NCBI GenBank assembly: GCA_963826785.1
Contig: CAWGYD010000001.1
Location: 192,001-256,000 of the forward strand
From: an uncultured delta proteobacterium
GTDB taxonomy: Bacteria; Desulfobacterota; Desulfobacteria; Desulfobacterales; Desulfosalsimonadaceae
Direction: 5' to 3'
Length of the DNA stretch: 64,000 bases
The notes under the pieces: model-generated
Told to the model about the DNA's origin: nothing
Databases searched by the model: none
The model's input: the letters and a program-made list of their open reading frames with translations, nothing else
Made by a program: the position numbers and the translations under genes
Part shown: in pieces, positions 32,478 through 41,350 of the stretch
Numbering within the stretch: the first letter of the stretch is position 1
Layout: each line of letters starts with the position of its first letter

Positions 32478-34931
32478 ATGTCCGTAAGACGACCGCTCGG
32501 TTTTTTTCTGCTGGCCTGCTTTCTGCTGATCACGGCCCGGCCGGCCCCCATAGCTGCAACTCCCGCCGATATCTTAAAACAGGTGCTGGGGACATCGGAA
32601 AAAAATTCACCTTCGGATCAGCCGGCAGACAAAGCTTCGACGGACAAGAAATCCCCGCCGGTAACCGTTTCAGAAAATGCCGGGCGGTCCCTCCACAAGG
32701 AAGCCACGGATGTCCGGCAGCAGCTGACCAGCGGGGCCCGGAACCTGTTTGTCCATGAACCCCTGGGCTGGGACACCGACACGCTCAAGTATGTGTACAG
32801 GCTGATACTGGTTTCCCCCGCGCTCATTCCCCAGCTGATCAATGAAGTGCTGAAGCAGAGCCAGGTGCTGGGCGTGGCGGGGTCGATCATCATGCTGATT
32901 TTTATCATTGCGTTGGTCTACAGCCTGATGGGCCGCCGGCATGTGCTCAACATGGCCGAAGAGCTGGCCAAGCCGCTCACGGACCGGCTCCCCAAGCAAA
33001 TCTATCCCTATATTCTGCTGGCCCTCAGATCGCTTACCGCAGCGCTGATCCCGGTGATTCTCTATTGGCTTTTCCTGTTGATCCGGGGGTTTATTGAATA
33101 TAATGCTCCCTGGTTCCTGCTGATCGGCCAGCTGCTGAAGCTCTGGTTTGTGGCCGCGCTGATCCTGAGCCTGATCAACGGGGCGGAGAGCCTCCAAATT
33201 ATCCGTCCGCGCAGCGACGCCGGCAAAAAAGTATTCACGCGCCTTCGCATCGTGGTGCTGTTCATCCTTTTCTGCATCGGCATTCTATGGGCGGCTGAGA
33301 CCTTCGCCCTGCGCGTGGACCTGATGGCACTGCTCCGGTTCATCATTTCCATCTCCATCGTCATCGTCCTGTTCCTGTTTTTCCTGAACAAGGAGGGGAT
33401 ACTCTCATTTTTACCCGATCTTCCCTATGAAGGGTATCAGAAATTCATCCGGGGGCTGGCCCGGTTTTACTACCCGGTCATCGGGCTCACCTTCCTGACC
33501 GGTATTTTGTGGTCAATCGGATTCAAGCACTTCAGCATGGTGGTCTGGCGCAAAACATGGGCCATCGCCGCCGTCTATGTGGCCGCATCCGTGATCTACC
33601 ACATCGTCATCAACCGGGTCCAGGCATGGTCCGAGCAACTCGACAGTGACAATGACGATGCCCGGCTGTTTATATCGTCTTTAAAAAGCCTGATCCTGTA
33701 TCTTGCCGTGATCATCACGGTCCTGATCATGACCGAACTGCTGGGCGTACTGGGCCCCATCAGGCAGCTGCTGTCTTTTCAGCTGCTCAGGGTGGGCGAA
33801 TCGACCCTGACGCCGTGGATACTGGTAAAAGCCATCCTTTTTGTGGTGGTGTTCGTCTACCTTTCCAAGATGGTGCGCTATTACCTTAATTACAAGGTAT
33901 ATCCTTCTCTGGGGGTGGAACCCGGCCCCGCTTATGCCATCAATACCTTTCTCCATTATTTTCTGCTGATCGCAAGCGTGCTCATCTCCCTTCAGATCGT
34001 CGGCTTCGACCTGCGGGCGCTGCTGGTCTTTGCGGGGGCCGTGGGTATCGGGCTCGGTTTTGCGCTGCAGTCCATGGCGTCCAACATGATCAGCGGATTC
34101 GCCATCATCTTCGGCGGTCAGATCCGTAAGGGGGATTGGGTGGAGGTGGAAGGCAGCGTGGGGGTGGTGACCGATATTTACATCCGGGCCACCAAGGTGC
34201 GGACCCGGGATAATATCGAGTATATCATCCCCAACAACACACTCATGTCGAGTACCATCATCAATTATTCCCTGTCCTCACCCTACATCCGCATTAAACT
34301 CCCTTTCGGCGTCTCCTATTCCGCCGATCCCAAGGTGGTCTCCAATATTGCCCTGGAAACGGCAGAAAACGAGTCTTCCGTCATGGTCTACCGGAAACCG
34401 GAAATCCGCTTTACCGGCTATGGAGACAGTTCCATCGATTTTGAGCTGCTGTTGTGGGTCGATATTCGTAAAACCGCCCGCAAGCTGGTTCGCAGCCGGA
34501 TGTATTTCGCCCTGTTCGATGCGTTCAAAGCGGCTGAAATCGAGATCCCCTTTCCCCAGCGGGACCTCAATATCCGTACCGGGATCCCCTGGGACCGGTT
34601 CACGGGGCAGATGCAATCACCGGAGGCCAAAGCGCCCCCCGATTTTCCGGATCGGCACGAAATGCCGGATCAATCGGATGAATCGGACCTGGAAGAGCTG
34701 GCCGAAGCGGTCAAGTCGGGAAAACGGATTTATGAAACCGGGCTGGGGCCGGCCATGGAAGAAGATGAAAAAGGCGAAAAACCTGAAAAGTCTGCATCCA
34801 GGGAGCTGCACCAGATGCCGGATCAATCCAATCATTCCGACCTGGAGCAGGTGGCGGAAGAAGTCAAGAAAGCGCCAAAGTCCTATACCGCCGCAGAAGA
34901 GGAATTCGGCGGCCCCAAACGGGAGAAGTAA
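32478..34931 (+). CDS. large MscS-family mechanosensitive channel
   Basis: Start at ATG 32478 behind GGAGGG; signal peptide and multiple TMs; GAVGIGLGFALQSMASNMISG, IIPNN, GVSYSAD, IEIPFPQRD. Confidence 0.9.
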   Translation: MSVRRPLGFFLLACFLLITARPAPIAATPADILKQVLGTSEKNSPSDQPADKASTDKKSPPVTVSENAGRSLHKEATDVRQQLTSGARNLFVHEPLGWDTDTLKYVYRLILVSPALIPQLINEVLKQSQVLGVAGSIIMLIFIIALVYSLMGRRHVLNMAEELAKPLTDRLPKQIYPYILLALRSLTAALIPVILYWLFLLIRGFIEYNAPWFLLIGQLLKLWFVAALILSLINGAESLQIIRPRSDAGKKVFTRLRIVVLFILFCIGILWAAETFALRVDLMALLRFIISISIVIVLFLFFLNKEGILSFLPDLPYEGYQKFIRGLARFYYPVIGLTFLTGILWSIGFKHFSMVVWRKTWAIAAVYVAASVIYHIVINRVQAWSEQLDSDNDDARLFISSLKSLILYLAVIITVLIMTELLGVLGPIRQLLSFQLLRVGESTLTPWILVKAILFVVVFVYLSKMVRYYLNYKVYPSLGVEPGPAYAINTFLHYFLLIASVLISLQIVGFDLRALLVFAGAVGIGLGFALQSMASNMISGFAIIFGGQIRKGDWVEVEGSVGVVTDIYIRATKVRTRDNIEYIIPNNTLMSSTIINYSLSSPYIRIKLPFGVSYSADPKVVSNIALETAENESSVMVYRKPEIRFTGYGDSSIDFELLLWVDIRKTARKLVRSRMYFALFDAFKAAEIEIPFPQRDLNIRTGIPWDRFTGQMQSPEAKAPPDFPDRHEMPDQSDESDLEELAEAVKSGKRIYETGLGPAMEEDEKGEKPEKSASRELHQMPDQSNHSDLEQVAEEVKKAPKSYTAAEEEFGGPKREK
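34656..34868 (+). repeat. two 60-bp in-frame direct repeats in MscS C-terminal tail
   Basis: HEMPDQSDESDLEELAEAVK (34656-34715) and HQMPDQSNHSDLEQVAEEVK (34809-34868). Confidence 0.85.
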
Positions 34932-34939
34932 GACTCAGG

Positions 34940-35695
34940 TCAGGCCAGGTGCGCAATCCGTTTCCAGTCCAGGCCCAGAAGTCCGGCGGATTCCCGGTCC
35001 ACCGCCTTTGCATCGTATCCGGCAATCAGTTTGTTCACCGGCGGGTCGCAGGTGCGGCCGCCCAGGTGAAAATCGGGCATGCCGATGCTGGCGTCCATCA
35101 GGGTCAGATCCGGGGTCCGGTATTGGTTGAGATCGACGATGGCCTGATGGATGCGGTCGTGAAAGACGGCCTTTTTCCAGATACCGCCCCCGCCGGCATA
35201 ATACCGGGCAGGAGCGATTCCGATCATGTTCTTCATGGAGCCGGTGATGGCGGAAAATGAATGGGCCTTTAGCACCGGAAGCGATATCAGGTAGGAATCG
35301 AAAGCGATTTCCGGCAGGGTCATTTCCGGAAATCGGCTGCAGCCCGCTTTTCTGATAGTTGTGACCGGCACATCATCGAGGTCCACCAGCTTTACACCCA
35401 GTTGCCGTGCCATTTCCGAATATCCCAGCTGATCAAACACTGCCCGGGCGGTCAGCGAGGGATCACCGATGCCTTCGGCAATGACAATTTCCGGTGATCC
35501 CCCGGCCGCGCGGATGTATTCGATCACCGCACGGCAGCAGTCCGGGTGGGTGGTGACCGGATGTGCAGCCGCGGTGATCAGGTTGGGCTTGATCAGGATC
35601 CGTTTCTGCCGGGAAAGCATTTTTCCCGCACAAATCCGGTCAAACGCCATCCCCACAGACTCCGCGTAGGCGGTAAAGGAAACGGTGACCGCCAT
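34940..35695 (-). CDS. DUF362 domain protein
   Basis: ILIKPNL, TTHP, IAEG, ISLPVLKAH, GSMKNMIG. Confidence 0.85.
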   Translation of the reverse strand: MAVTVSFTAYAESVGMAFDRICAGKMLSRQKRILIKPNLITAAAHPVTTHPDCCRAVIEYIRAAGGSPEIVIAEGIGDPSLTARAVFDQLGYSEMARQLGVKLVDLDDVPVTTIRKAGCSRFPEMTLPEIAFDSYLISLPVLKAHSFSAITGSMKNMIGIAPARYYAGGGGIWKKAVFHDRIHQAIVDLNQYRTPDLTLMDASIGMPDFHLGGRTCDPPVNKLIAGYDAKAVDRESAGLLGLDWKRIAHLA

Positions 35696-35698
35696 GGG

Positions 35699-38698
35699 CT
35701 AATTAACGGTTTCGGCCTGGGCTGCCGGTTCGGTTTCAGCCGGGGGCGCAGCCGAATTTGCGGTTTGTTCTTCCGGAATGATCCGGATGGTGGCGGCCGC
35801 AGCATTGTTTAAGTAGACCTTGGCCATCTTTCCCAGTTCATCGGCATTGATGGAAGCATAATCCGACAGAAATGTTCGTGCCCAGTCAAACCGCTCGGGA
35901 TGATCCCCCGACCCTTTCAATACGCTGTCCAGCCAATAGCCGTTGGTCTTGATCCGCTCCCGGATGCCTTCCACAATGGGTTTTAATGCCCGCTGCAGTT
36001 CCTCTTGCGTCACCCCGGTCTGTGCCAGGTCGGCGGCGATTTCCCGGATGGCGGCGATCACCTCGTCGGCCCGGTCCGGATTGATCTGGGCCAGGGCGTG
36101 ATACACCCCATATCCCGGATAAGCCAGGCTGGGATCATTGTATGCCTCATAGGAATAGGCCGCCCCCATTTTCTCCCGGATGCGGATGCGCATCCGGTCG
36201 GACATGACGGAAGAGAGAACCGACAGCCGCCGGGTGGTGGAAATGTTCCAGAAGTCGTCCGTCGGATAGGTCACATCCACGATTCCCTTGTAGATCTTTG
36301 TGGGCACCCGCACGTTGAGCTTCTCCGTTTCGGGGAAATTCGGCATCCGCACGGTGTGGGCGGTGATTTTGCCGCTGCGCGCGGGAAGGGTGCCGAAATA
36401 GGTGGTGGCAAGATCGATGACCCGCTGCACGTCGATATCCCCCACGATGGAGAGTTCCAGCGGCGCGCTTTCAATGGCCGGCGTAAGCCAGTCGCGGATG
36501 TCGGAAAGTGAATTCTTCCGGAAGGTTTTAAAATCGGGCAGACCGAACCGCGGGTCACCCCCGGCCAGGAAGCGCGCCCCCTCAAATACCATCCCGCCGT
36601 AAATTTCATGCATCAGCGATTCATACTTCTGGGCGAACTGCTTCATCGACAGGGAATAGGCATCCGAGCGGAATGCAGGATCCTGCATATGCGCATACAG
36701 CAGATCAAACAAAAGCCCAATCTCATCGGGGATGGTGTTCCCGGTAAAAACGAACTTGTTTTCCTCCACCTTGAAGAAGGTGTAGGTGTTCTTGCCGGCC
36801 AGTGCCCGTTTCAGCTCGTCACGGGTCAGCTTCCCCAGTCCGCTCAGGTTGACCACACTGGCGCTCAATTCGGACAGCCCCGGTTTATCCAGCGGTTCTG
36901 ATGCCTGTCCACCGCCGAAGGCCAGGGCGGCCACCACCTGGTTGGCCTTGAAATCGGTTTTTTTAACGTTCAGGCGCACTCCGTTGCCGAATTCCACCAC
37001 CGTGATCCCCAGGTCCTCGACCCGTTCAATGCGGGGGGCGACGGTCGGGGTTTTGGGAACGGCAAGATACGGGAATTTAATATTGCCCCGCTCTTCGGGC
37101 TTGGCCACCTCTGTTTCCTGACTTTGTTTGAAGGCCGAAAGGATCTGCTGCTCCGGGGCTGGCGACTCTTTTCTGAGGTCCGCGTTTCCGGTGACCAGAA
37201 CCAGGCGCTGGTCCATTTTCCAGTAATCCATCAGGGCCTGGTGCAACGCTTCTGCCGTGGCGGTTTGCACGATGGGGAGCAAAAGCTTTTTTTCCTGCTC
37301 CGGGGATTGAAAAACCCGTATCTGGTTGAGGCCATTCATGATCTCGCGTGCCAGCTGGCGGCTTTCCCGGGTGGGAGCGGTCAGTACCGCCTTTTCCAGC
37401 GAGGCGACGAAATCCTTTTTGACCTCCGCCAGTTCGGATTCGGTGAATCCGTATTGAATGGCGCTTCTGATTTCCCGGTCGATGGCCCCCATGGCGGCCT
37501 TCCAGTTTTCCGGGGCGCAGTCCGCACTGATATCCGATGACAGGACGTATCCCAGATAGTTTCCGGAGCTGATATTGGCATCACTGAACGGGGTTTCGGG
37601 CTTGTCCAGCATTTCCTCCAACCGGTTGTTGATGATCCGGTTGGCCATAGCGCTATACAGGTTGGTTTTTTCAAGCGTTTTTGAATCCGGCGGGATCACC
37701 TTCTTGGTGATCACTTCGATGACCACCGAGGTGTTCCCGGCTTCGGGTTCATAATGATAAAATGACTGCGTGCCCTCGTGATGGATGGAGCCGGGGTCGT
37801 TATACGGCGAAAGGGGGGCGCGGGCTTTGATATCGGAGAAGCGCTCCCTGATCATGGAAACCGCCTTTTGGGGGTCAAAATCGCCCACCATGACGATCAC
37901 CATCCGTTCCGGACGATACCAGGTGTCATAGAAGGACTTGAGAAGAGGCCGGTCCGCCTTGGCCAGCACCTCCTCCGTTCCGATGGGGAGCCGGCTGGAA
38001 AGCAGCGCGTTGGGCATCTCAAAATTAAACACGGCTTCAAACGTCCGGTAATCCACCGAATCCCGGGTCCGCTTCTCCGCCAGCACGATGGGGCGCTCCT
38101 TTTCCACCTCTTTTTCAAGGATCAATGCGCCGGCGGCATAATCATGCAGAACCAGCATCCCTTTCGCCAGGCTGTCCGGATCGCCGGAGGGGAGATCGAT
38201 ATCATAGACGGTCTTGTAAAACCCGGTGCTGGCATTGGCATCGGCGCCGAACTGCATGCCGATGCTCTGGAAGTACTTGACCAGTTCCCCCGGCTTGAAA
38301 TGCTCGGAGCCGTTAAACAGCATGTGCTCCAGGTAATGCGCCAGCCCCCGCTGCTCATCGGTTTCATGCATGGAGCCGGCCTGGACGTACAGGTGCATGC
38401 TCACCCGGTTTTCCGGTTTTTTGTTTTTCATCACCACGTAGCGGAATCCGTTGTCCAGGGAGCCGTAAATGGCGTTGGGGTCCGGAGGAAGTTCACTGAG
38501 AAGGTGGGGCCATTTTTTCGAAGGATCGAAGATGGCGACTTTGTCCGGGATTTCATGTGCCGGGGATGCCGGCTGCACCTGCATCCGGGCGGTGCCGGAG
38601 CTCTGGGCAGCCGCTGCGCTGGGCAGTCGACTCTGGCCGCCGGGCAGCACCAGTGCTGCAATTAGAAGATATGCAAAAACGCGTATCGGTTTCTTCAT
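35699..38698 (-). CDS. periplasmic M16 family zinc peptidase (PqqL-like)
   Basis: Signal peptide; GLAHYLEHMLFNGS (HxxEH); duplicated M16 architecture; IREKMGAAYS. Confidence 0.92.
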   Translation of the reverse strand: MKKPIRVFAYLLIAALVLPGGQSRLPSAAAAQSSGTARMQVQPASPAHEIPDKVAIFDPSKKWPHLLSELPPDPNAIYGSLDNGFRYVVMKNKKPENRVSMHLYVQAGSMHETDEQRGLAHYLEHMLFNGSEHFKPGELVKYFQSIGMQFGADANASTGFYKTVYDIDLPSGDPDSLAKGMLVLHDYAAGALILEKEVEKERPIVLAEKRTRDSVDYRTFEAVFNFEMPNALLSSRLPIGTEEVLAKADRPLLKSFYDTWYRPERMVIVMVGDFDPQKAVSMIRERFSDIKARAPLSPYNDPGSIHHEGTQSFYHYEPEAGNTSVVIEVITKKVIPPDSKTLEKTNLYSAMANRIINNRLEEMLDKPETPFSDANISSGNYLGYVLSSDISADCAPENWKAAMGAIDREIRSAIQYGFTESELAEVKKDFVASLEKAVLTAPTRESRQLAREIMNGLNQIRVFQSPEQEKKLLLPIVQTATAEALHQALMDYWKMDQRLVLVTGNADLRKESPAPEQQILSAFKQSQETEVAKPEERGNIKFPYLAVPKTPTVAPRIERVEDLGITVVEFGNGVRLNVKKTDFKANQVVAALAFGGGQASEPLDKPGLSELSASVVNLSGLGKLTRDELKRALAGKNTYTFFKVEENKFVFTGNTIPDEIGLLFDLLYAHMQDPAFRSDAYSLSMKQFAQKYESLMHEIYGGMVFEGARFLAGGDPRFGLPDFKTFRKNSLSDIRDWLTPAIESAPLELSIVGDIDVQRVIDLATTYFGTLPARSGKITAHTVRMPNFPETEKLNVRVPTKIYKGIVDVTYPTDDFWNISTTRRLSVLSSVMSDRMRIRIREKMGAAYSYEAYNDPSLAYPGYGVYHALAQINPDRADEVIAAIREIAADLAQTGVTQEELQRALKPIVEGIRERIKTNGYWLDSVLKGSGDHPERFDWARTFLSDYASINADELGKMAKVYLNNAAAATIRIIPEEQTANSAAPPAETEPAAQAETVN

Positions 38699-38825
38699 CT
38701 GATCTTATTCCTGTATTCAAAATTGAAGTTGTAACGTCAGCCTTTTGGTATTCGGTATACCATAGTCACAGAAATTGGCAAGTTCAACCCGGCCCGGAAG
38801 CGGGGGGCTTTTTCCGGATTTTGCC

Positions 38826-38854
38826 TTGATGTTAACCTTGCCCTGTGCTATGAC
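38826..38854 (+). promoter_or_regulatory. candidate sigma70 promoter for pit operon
   Basis: TTGATG, 17-nt spacer, TATGAC with TG extension. Confidence 0.4.
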
Positions 38855-38914
38855 CCGATCAAATTTGCCCGGGCCGCATCAAGACGTCAATATGGAACGA
38901 AATACGGCAGAAAC

Positions 38915-40144
38915 ATGAGTATCGAACTGATCATTTTAATCTTGGGATTCGTCATCGGGTTTTACATGGCCTGGAATATCGGCGCCAATGATGTGGCCAA
39001 TTCCATGGCATCTGCGGTGGGCGCCAAGGCCATCACCCTCAGGCAGGCCGTTTTGATCGCCGGCATTTTAAACATCGTGGGGGCGGCCTTCATCGGGTCC
39101 CACGTGACCGACACCATCCGCAAGGGCATCATCTCCACCCAGGTGCTGGACAATCCGGACGTCATGCTGATCGGCGCCCTGGCTGCGCTGCTTTCCGCAT
39201 CCCTGTGGATTTCGTTTGCCACCTGGCGGTCGCTGCCGGTTTCCACCACCCATTCCATCGTCGGGGCCATGGTGGGGTTCGGGTTGATGGTGGGCGGTTT
39301 TTCCGTGATCAACTGGGCTAAACTGGGGGCGGTGGTGTTGAGCTGGATCATCTCCCCGATCTTTGCCCTTGCGCTCTCTTATCTCATGTTCAAGATCATC
39401 GTCTGGTCCATCCTGTCTCGAAACAACACCTATCAGGCCGCCATCCGTTTAAGTCCCCTGTTCATCGCCCTTGCCGTATTCGTTGTGATCATGTCGTTTT
39501 TGTTCAAAACGCCCCTGGGCGTGAGTCTGGCCCTGGGCACCGGGGCGGCATCGGCGGTCTCTCTCGTTTTGGCTTTTGCGGTGGGGTGGATCGGCAAGAT
39601 GTTGATTCACCGCTACCTGGGGCATGATCCGGAAAGCGCGGCCGAGGACATTTTCCGCCGCATTCAGATCGGGACCTCCTGCTACGTGGCCCTGGCACAG
39701 GGCGCCAATGATGTCGCCAATGCCATCGGGCCGCTGGCCATGATCTATTTTCTGGTGAAAACCGGTCATGCCGGCGTCACCGTGCCGGTTCCGTTTTTTC
39801 TGCTTCTGTTCGGCGGGGTGGGCATTGCCTTAGGAATTGCCATGGGCGGCGCCCGGGTCATTCGAACCGTGGGGGAGCGGATCACCACCTTGAGCAACAC
39901 CCGCGGCTTTTCCGTTGATTTTGCGGCCGCCACCACCGTACTGATCGCCTCCAAATTGGGACTGCCGGTCTCCACCACCCATGCGGCCGTGGGCGGTGTA
40001 ATGGGCGTCGGTCTGGCCAAGGGGCTCGAGGCGGTAAATTTCGGAATTATTTTTCAGATCGTGTTATACTGGATTTTGACCGTCCCCATGGCGGCCCTGA
40101 CCTGCATGGTCATATTCAAAATTCTCAAATTGATCTTGATGTAA
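38915..40144 (+). CDS. inorganic phosphate transporter, PiT family
   Basis: Two GANDVAN motifs and two PVSTTH motifs. Confidence 0.95.
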   Translation: MSIELIILILGFVIGFYMAWNIGANDVANSMASAVGAKAITLRQAVLIAGILNIVGAAFIGSHVTDTIRKGIISTQVLDNPDVMLIGALAALLSASLWISFATWRSLPVSTTHSIVGAMVGFGLMVGGFSVINWAKLGAVVLSWIISPIFALALSYLMFKIIVWSILSRNNTYQAAIRLSPLFIALAVFVVIMSFLFKTPLGVSLALGTGAASAVSLVLAFAVGWIGKMLIHRYLGHDPESAAEDIFRRIQIGTSCYVALAQGANDVANAIGPLAMIYFLVKTGHAGVTVPVPFFLLLFGGVGIALGIAMGGARVIRTVGERITTLSNTRGFSVDFAAATTVLIASKLGLPVSTTHAAVGGVMGVGLAKGLEAVNFGIIFQIVLYWILTVPMAALTCMVIFKILKLILM

Positions 40145-40157
40145 AAGGAGGCGGTGC

Positions 40158-40826
40158 ATGCGCATACCATTTTTATATATGTTTATGTCTTCCCCGTTTG
40201 ATGCCCTGCAGGAGCACGCGGAGAAGGTGAAGGAGTGTTCATGGGCATTTCAGCAGGCCATCGAATGCTACTCTTCCAAAAGATGCGAAACATTTGAGGA
40301 GCACCGCCAGGAGGTCATCCGGTTCGAGCATGAGGCCGATGCCATCAAGCGCCGGATCCGGGGGCACCTGCCCAAGGGCGTGATGATGCCGGTGGAGAAA
40401 TTCCAGTTGTTCCGGTACCTGCGGGAGCAGGACAGTGTGCTGGATTCCGTGCAGGAAGCCGTGAACTGGCTGTCCTACCGGCCGGTGGCGGAAATCCCGG
40501 ATTACATGGAGAAGGACCTGTTTCTGCTGGTGGATGCGGTCATCGAACCCATTGAGGAATTGACACTGATGGTCATGGAGGCCCGGATCTATTTCAAGAA
40601 TTTCTCAGAGCGGCAGCGGCGCAAGGTCAAGGAAATCATCAAGAACATCCGCCAGATGGAGCACGAGGCCGACCAGCGGGAATACGCCCTGATTCACAAG
40701 ATTTTCAGCAATGAAACCAACCCCGTGGTGGTGTTTCACCACAGTAAGCTCGCTGAAATTATTGGAAATATCGCTGACCATGCGGAAAATACCGCAGACA
40801 TGATGCGGGCCATGATGGCCCGATAG
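40158..40826 (+). CDS. DUF47/TIGR00153 PhoU-like phosphate transport regulator
   Basis: Repeated EHEAD motifs, IADHAEN; adjacent to PiT. Confidence 0.9.
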   Translation: MRIPFLYMFMSSPFDALQEHAEKVKECSWAFQQAIECYSSKRCETFEEHRQEVIRFEHEADAIKRRIRGHLPKGVMMPVEKFQLFRYLREQDSVLDSVQEAVNWLSYRPVAEIPDYMEKDLFLLVDAVIEPIEELTLMVMEARIYFKNFSERQRRKVKEIIKNIRQMEHEADQREYALIHKIFSNETNPVVVFHHSKLAEIIGNIADHAENTADMMRAMMAR

Positions 40827-40835
40827 GGCAGGGCA

Positions 40836-41111
40836 CTACTTGAGGAATGCCCACTTGATATAGAGGAAAAAGACACCCCAGGAAATAATGCATACGATGT
40901 AGGAAATCCAGTCGGGCCTTTTTCTGGCCCTGCCGTGTCGATCCGCCCGGGTGACTTTCGTATGGCAGGAGAAACATTGCGTCGCATCCAGGGGCAGGTT
41001 GATGAAACATTCCGGGCATCGCTTGACGAGGATGTCCTCTCTTTCCCCCTTTTGCTGCTTTTGCTGCCTACCTTCTCTTCTTGTCTTCTTTGCGCTTTCC
41101 AGAAATCCCAT
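40836..41111 (-). CDS. small zinc-ribbon protein with C-terminal TM helix
   Basis: MGFLESAKK...CPEC-x10-CFSC...WISYIVCIISWGVFFLYIKW; start 41111 preferred. Confidence 0.7.
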   Translation of the reverse strand: MGFLESAKKTRREGRQQKQQKGEREDILVKRCPECFINLPLDATQCFSCHTKVTRADRHGRARKRPDWISYIVCIISWGVFFLYIKWAFLK

Positions 41112-41210
41112 TGCGGAAATGATCCTGTTTACGGATGAATTCCAAACTGCATCTCCTCTCGGATGCAAATCCGGATAAGCAATATGGCCTGTTTCATGTT
41201 TTAGAGGTTT

Positions 41211-41264
41211 GCGTCCTTTGGCGGGGGAGGCGATAGCCGCTTCCCGCCAAAGGACGCTTTATTT
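41211..41264 (+). terminator. strong hairpin with + strand U-rich tail
   Basis: GCGTCCTTTGGCGGG / CCCGCCAAAGGACGC, 15-bp perfect stem, then TTTATTT. Confidence 0.6.
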
Positions 41265-41350
41265 ATGGGTGGAATTTCTGACCGAAAGTTGCCTTGCCTT
41301 TCAATCAGCGCCTCAAGATATGTGCTTTTCGGGTGGGCATGGCATGTTGA

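Noticed and set aside
40960..40980. CFSCH as a c-type heme site
   Set aside because: No export signal; pairs with upstream CPEC as a zinc ribbon
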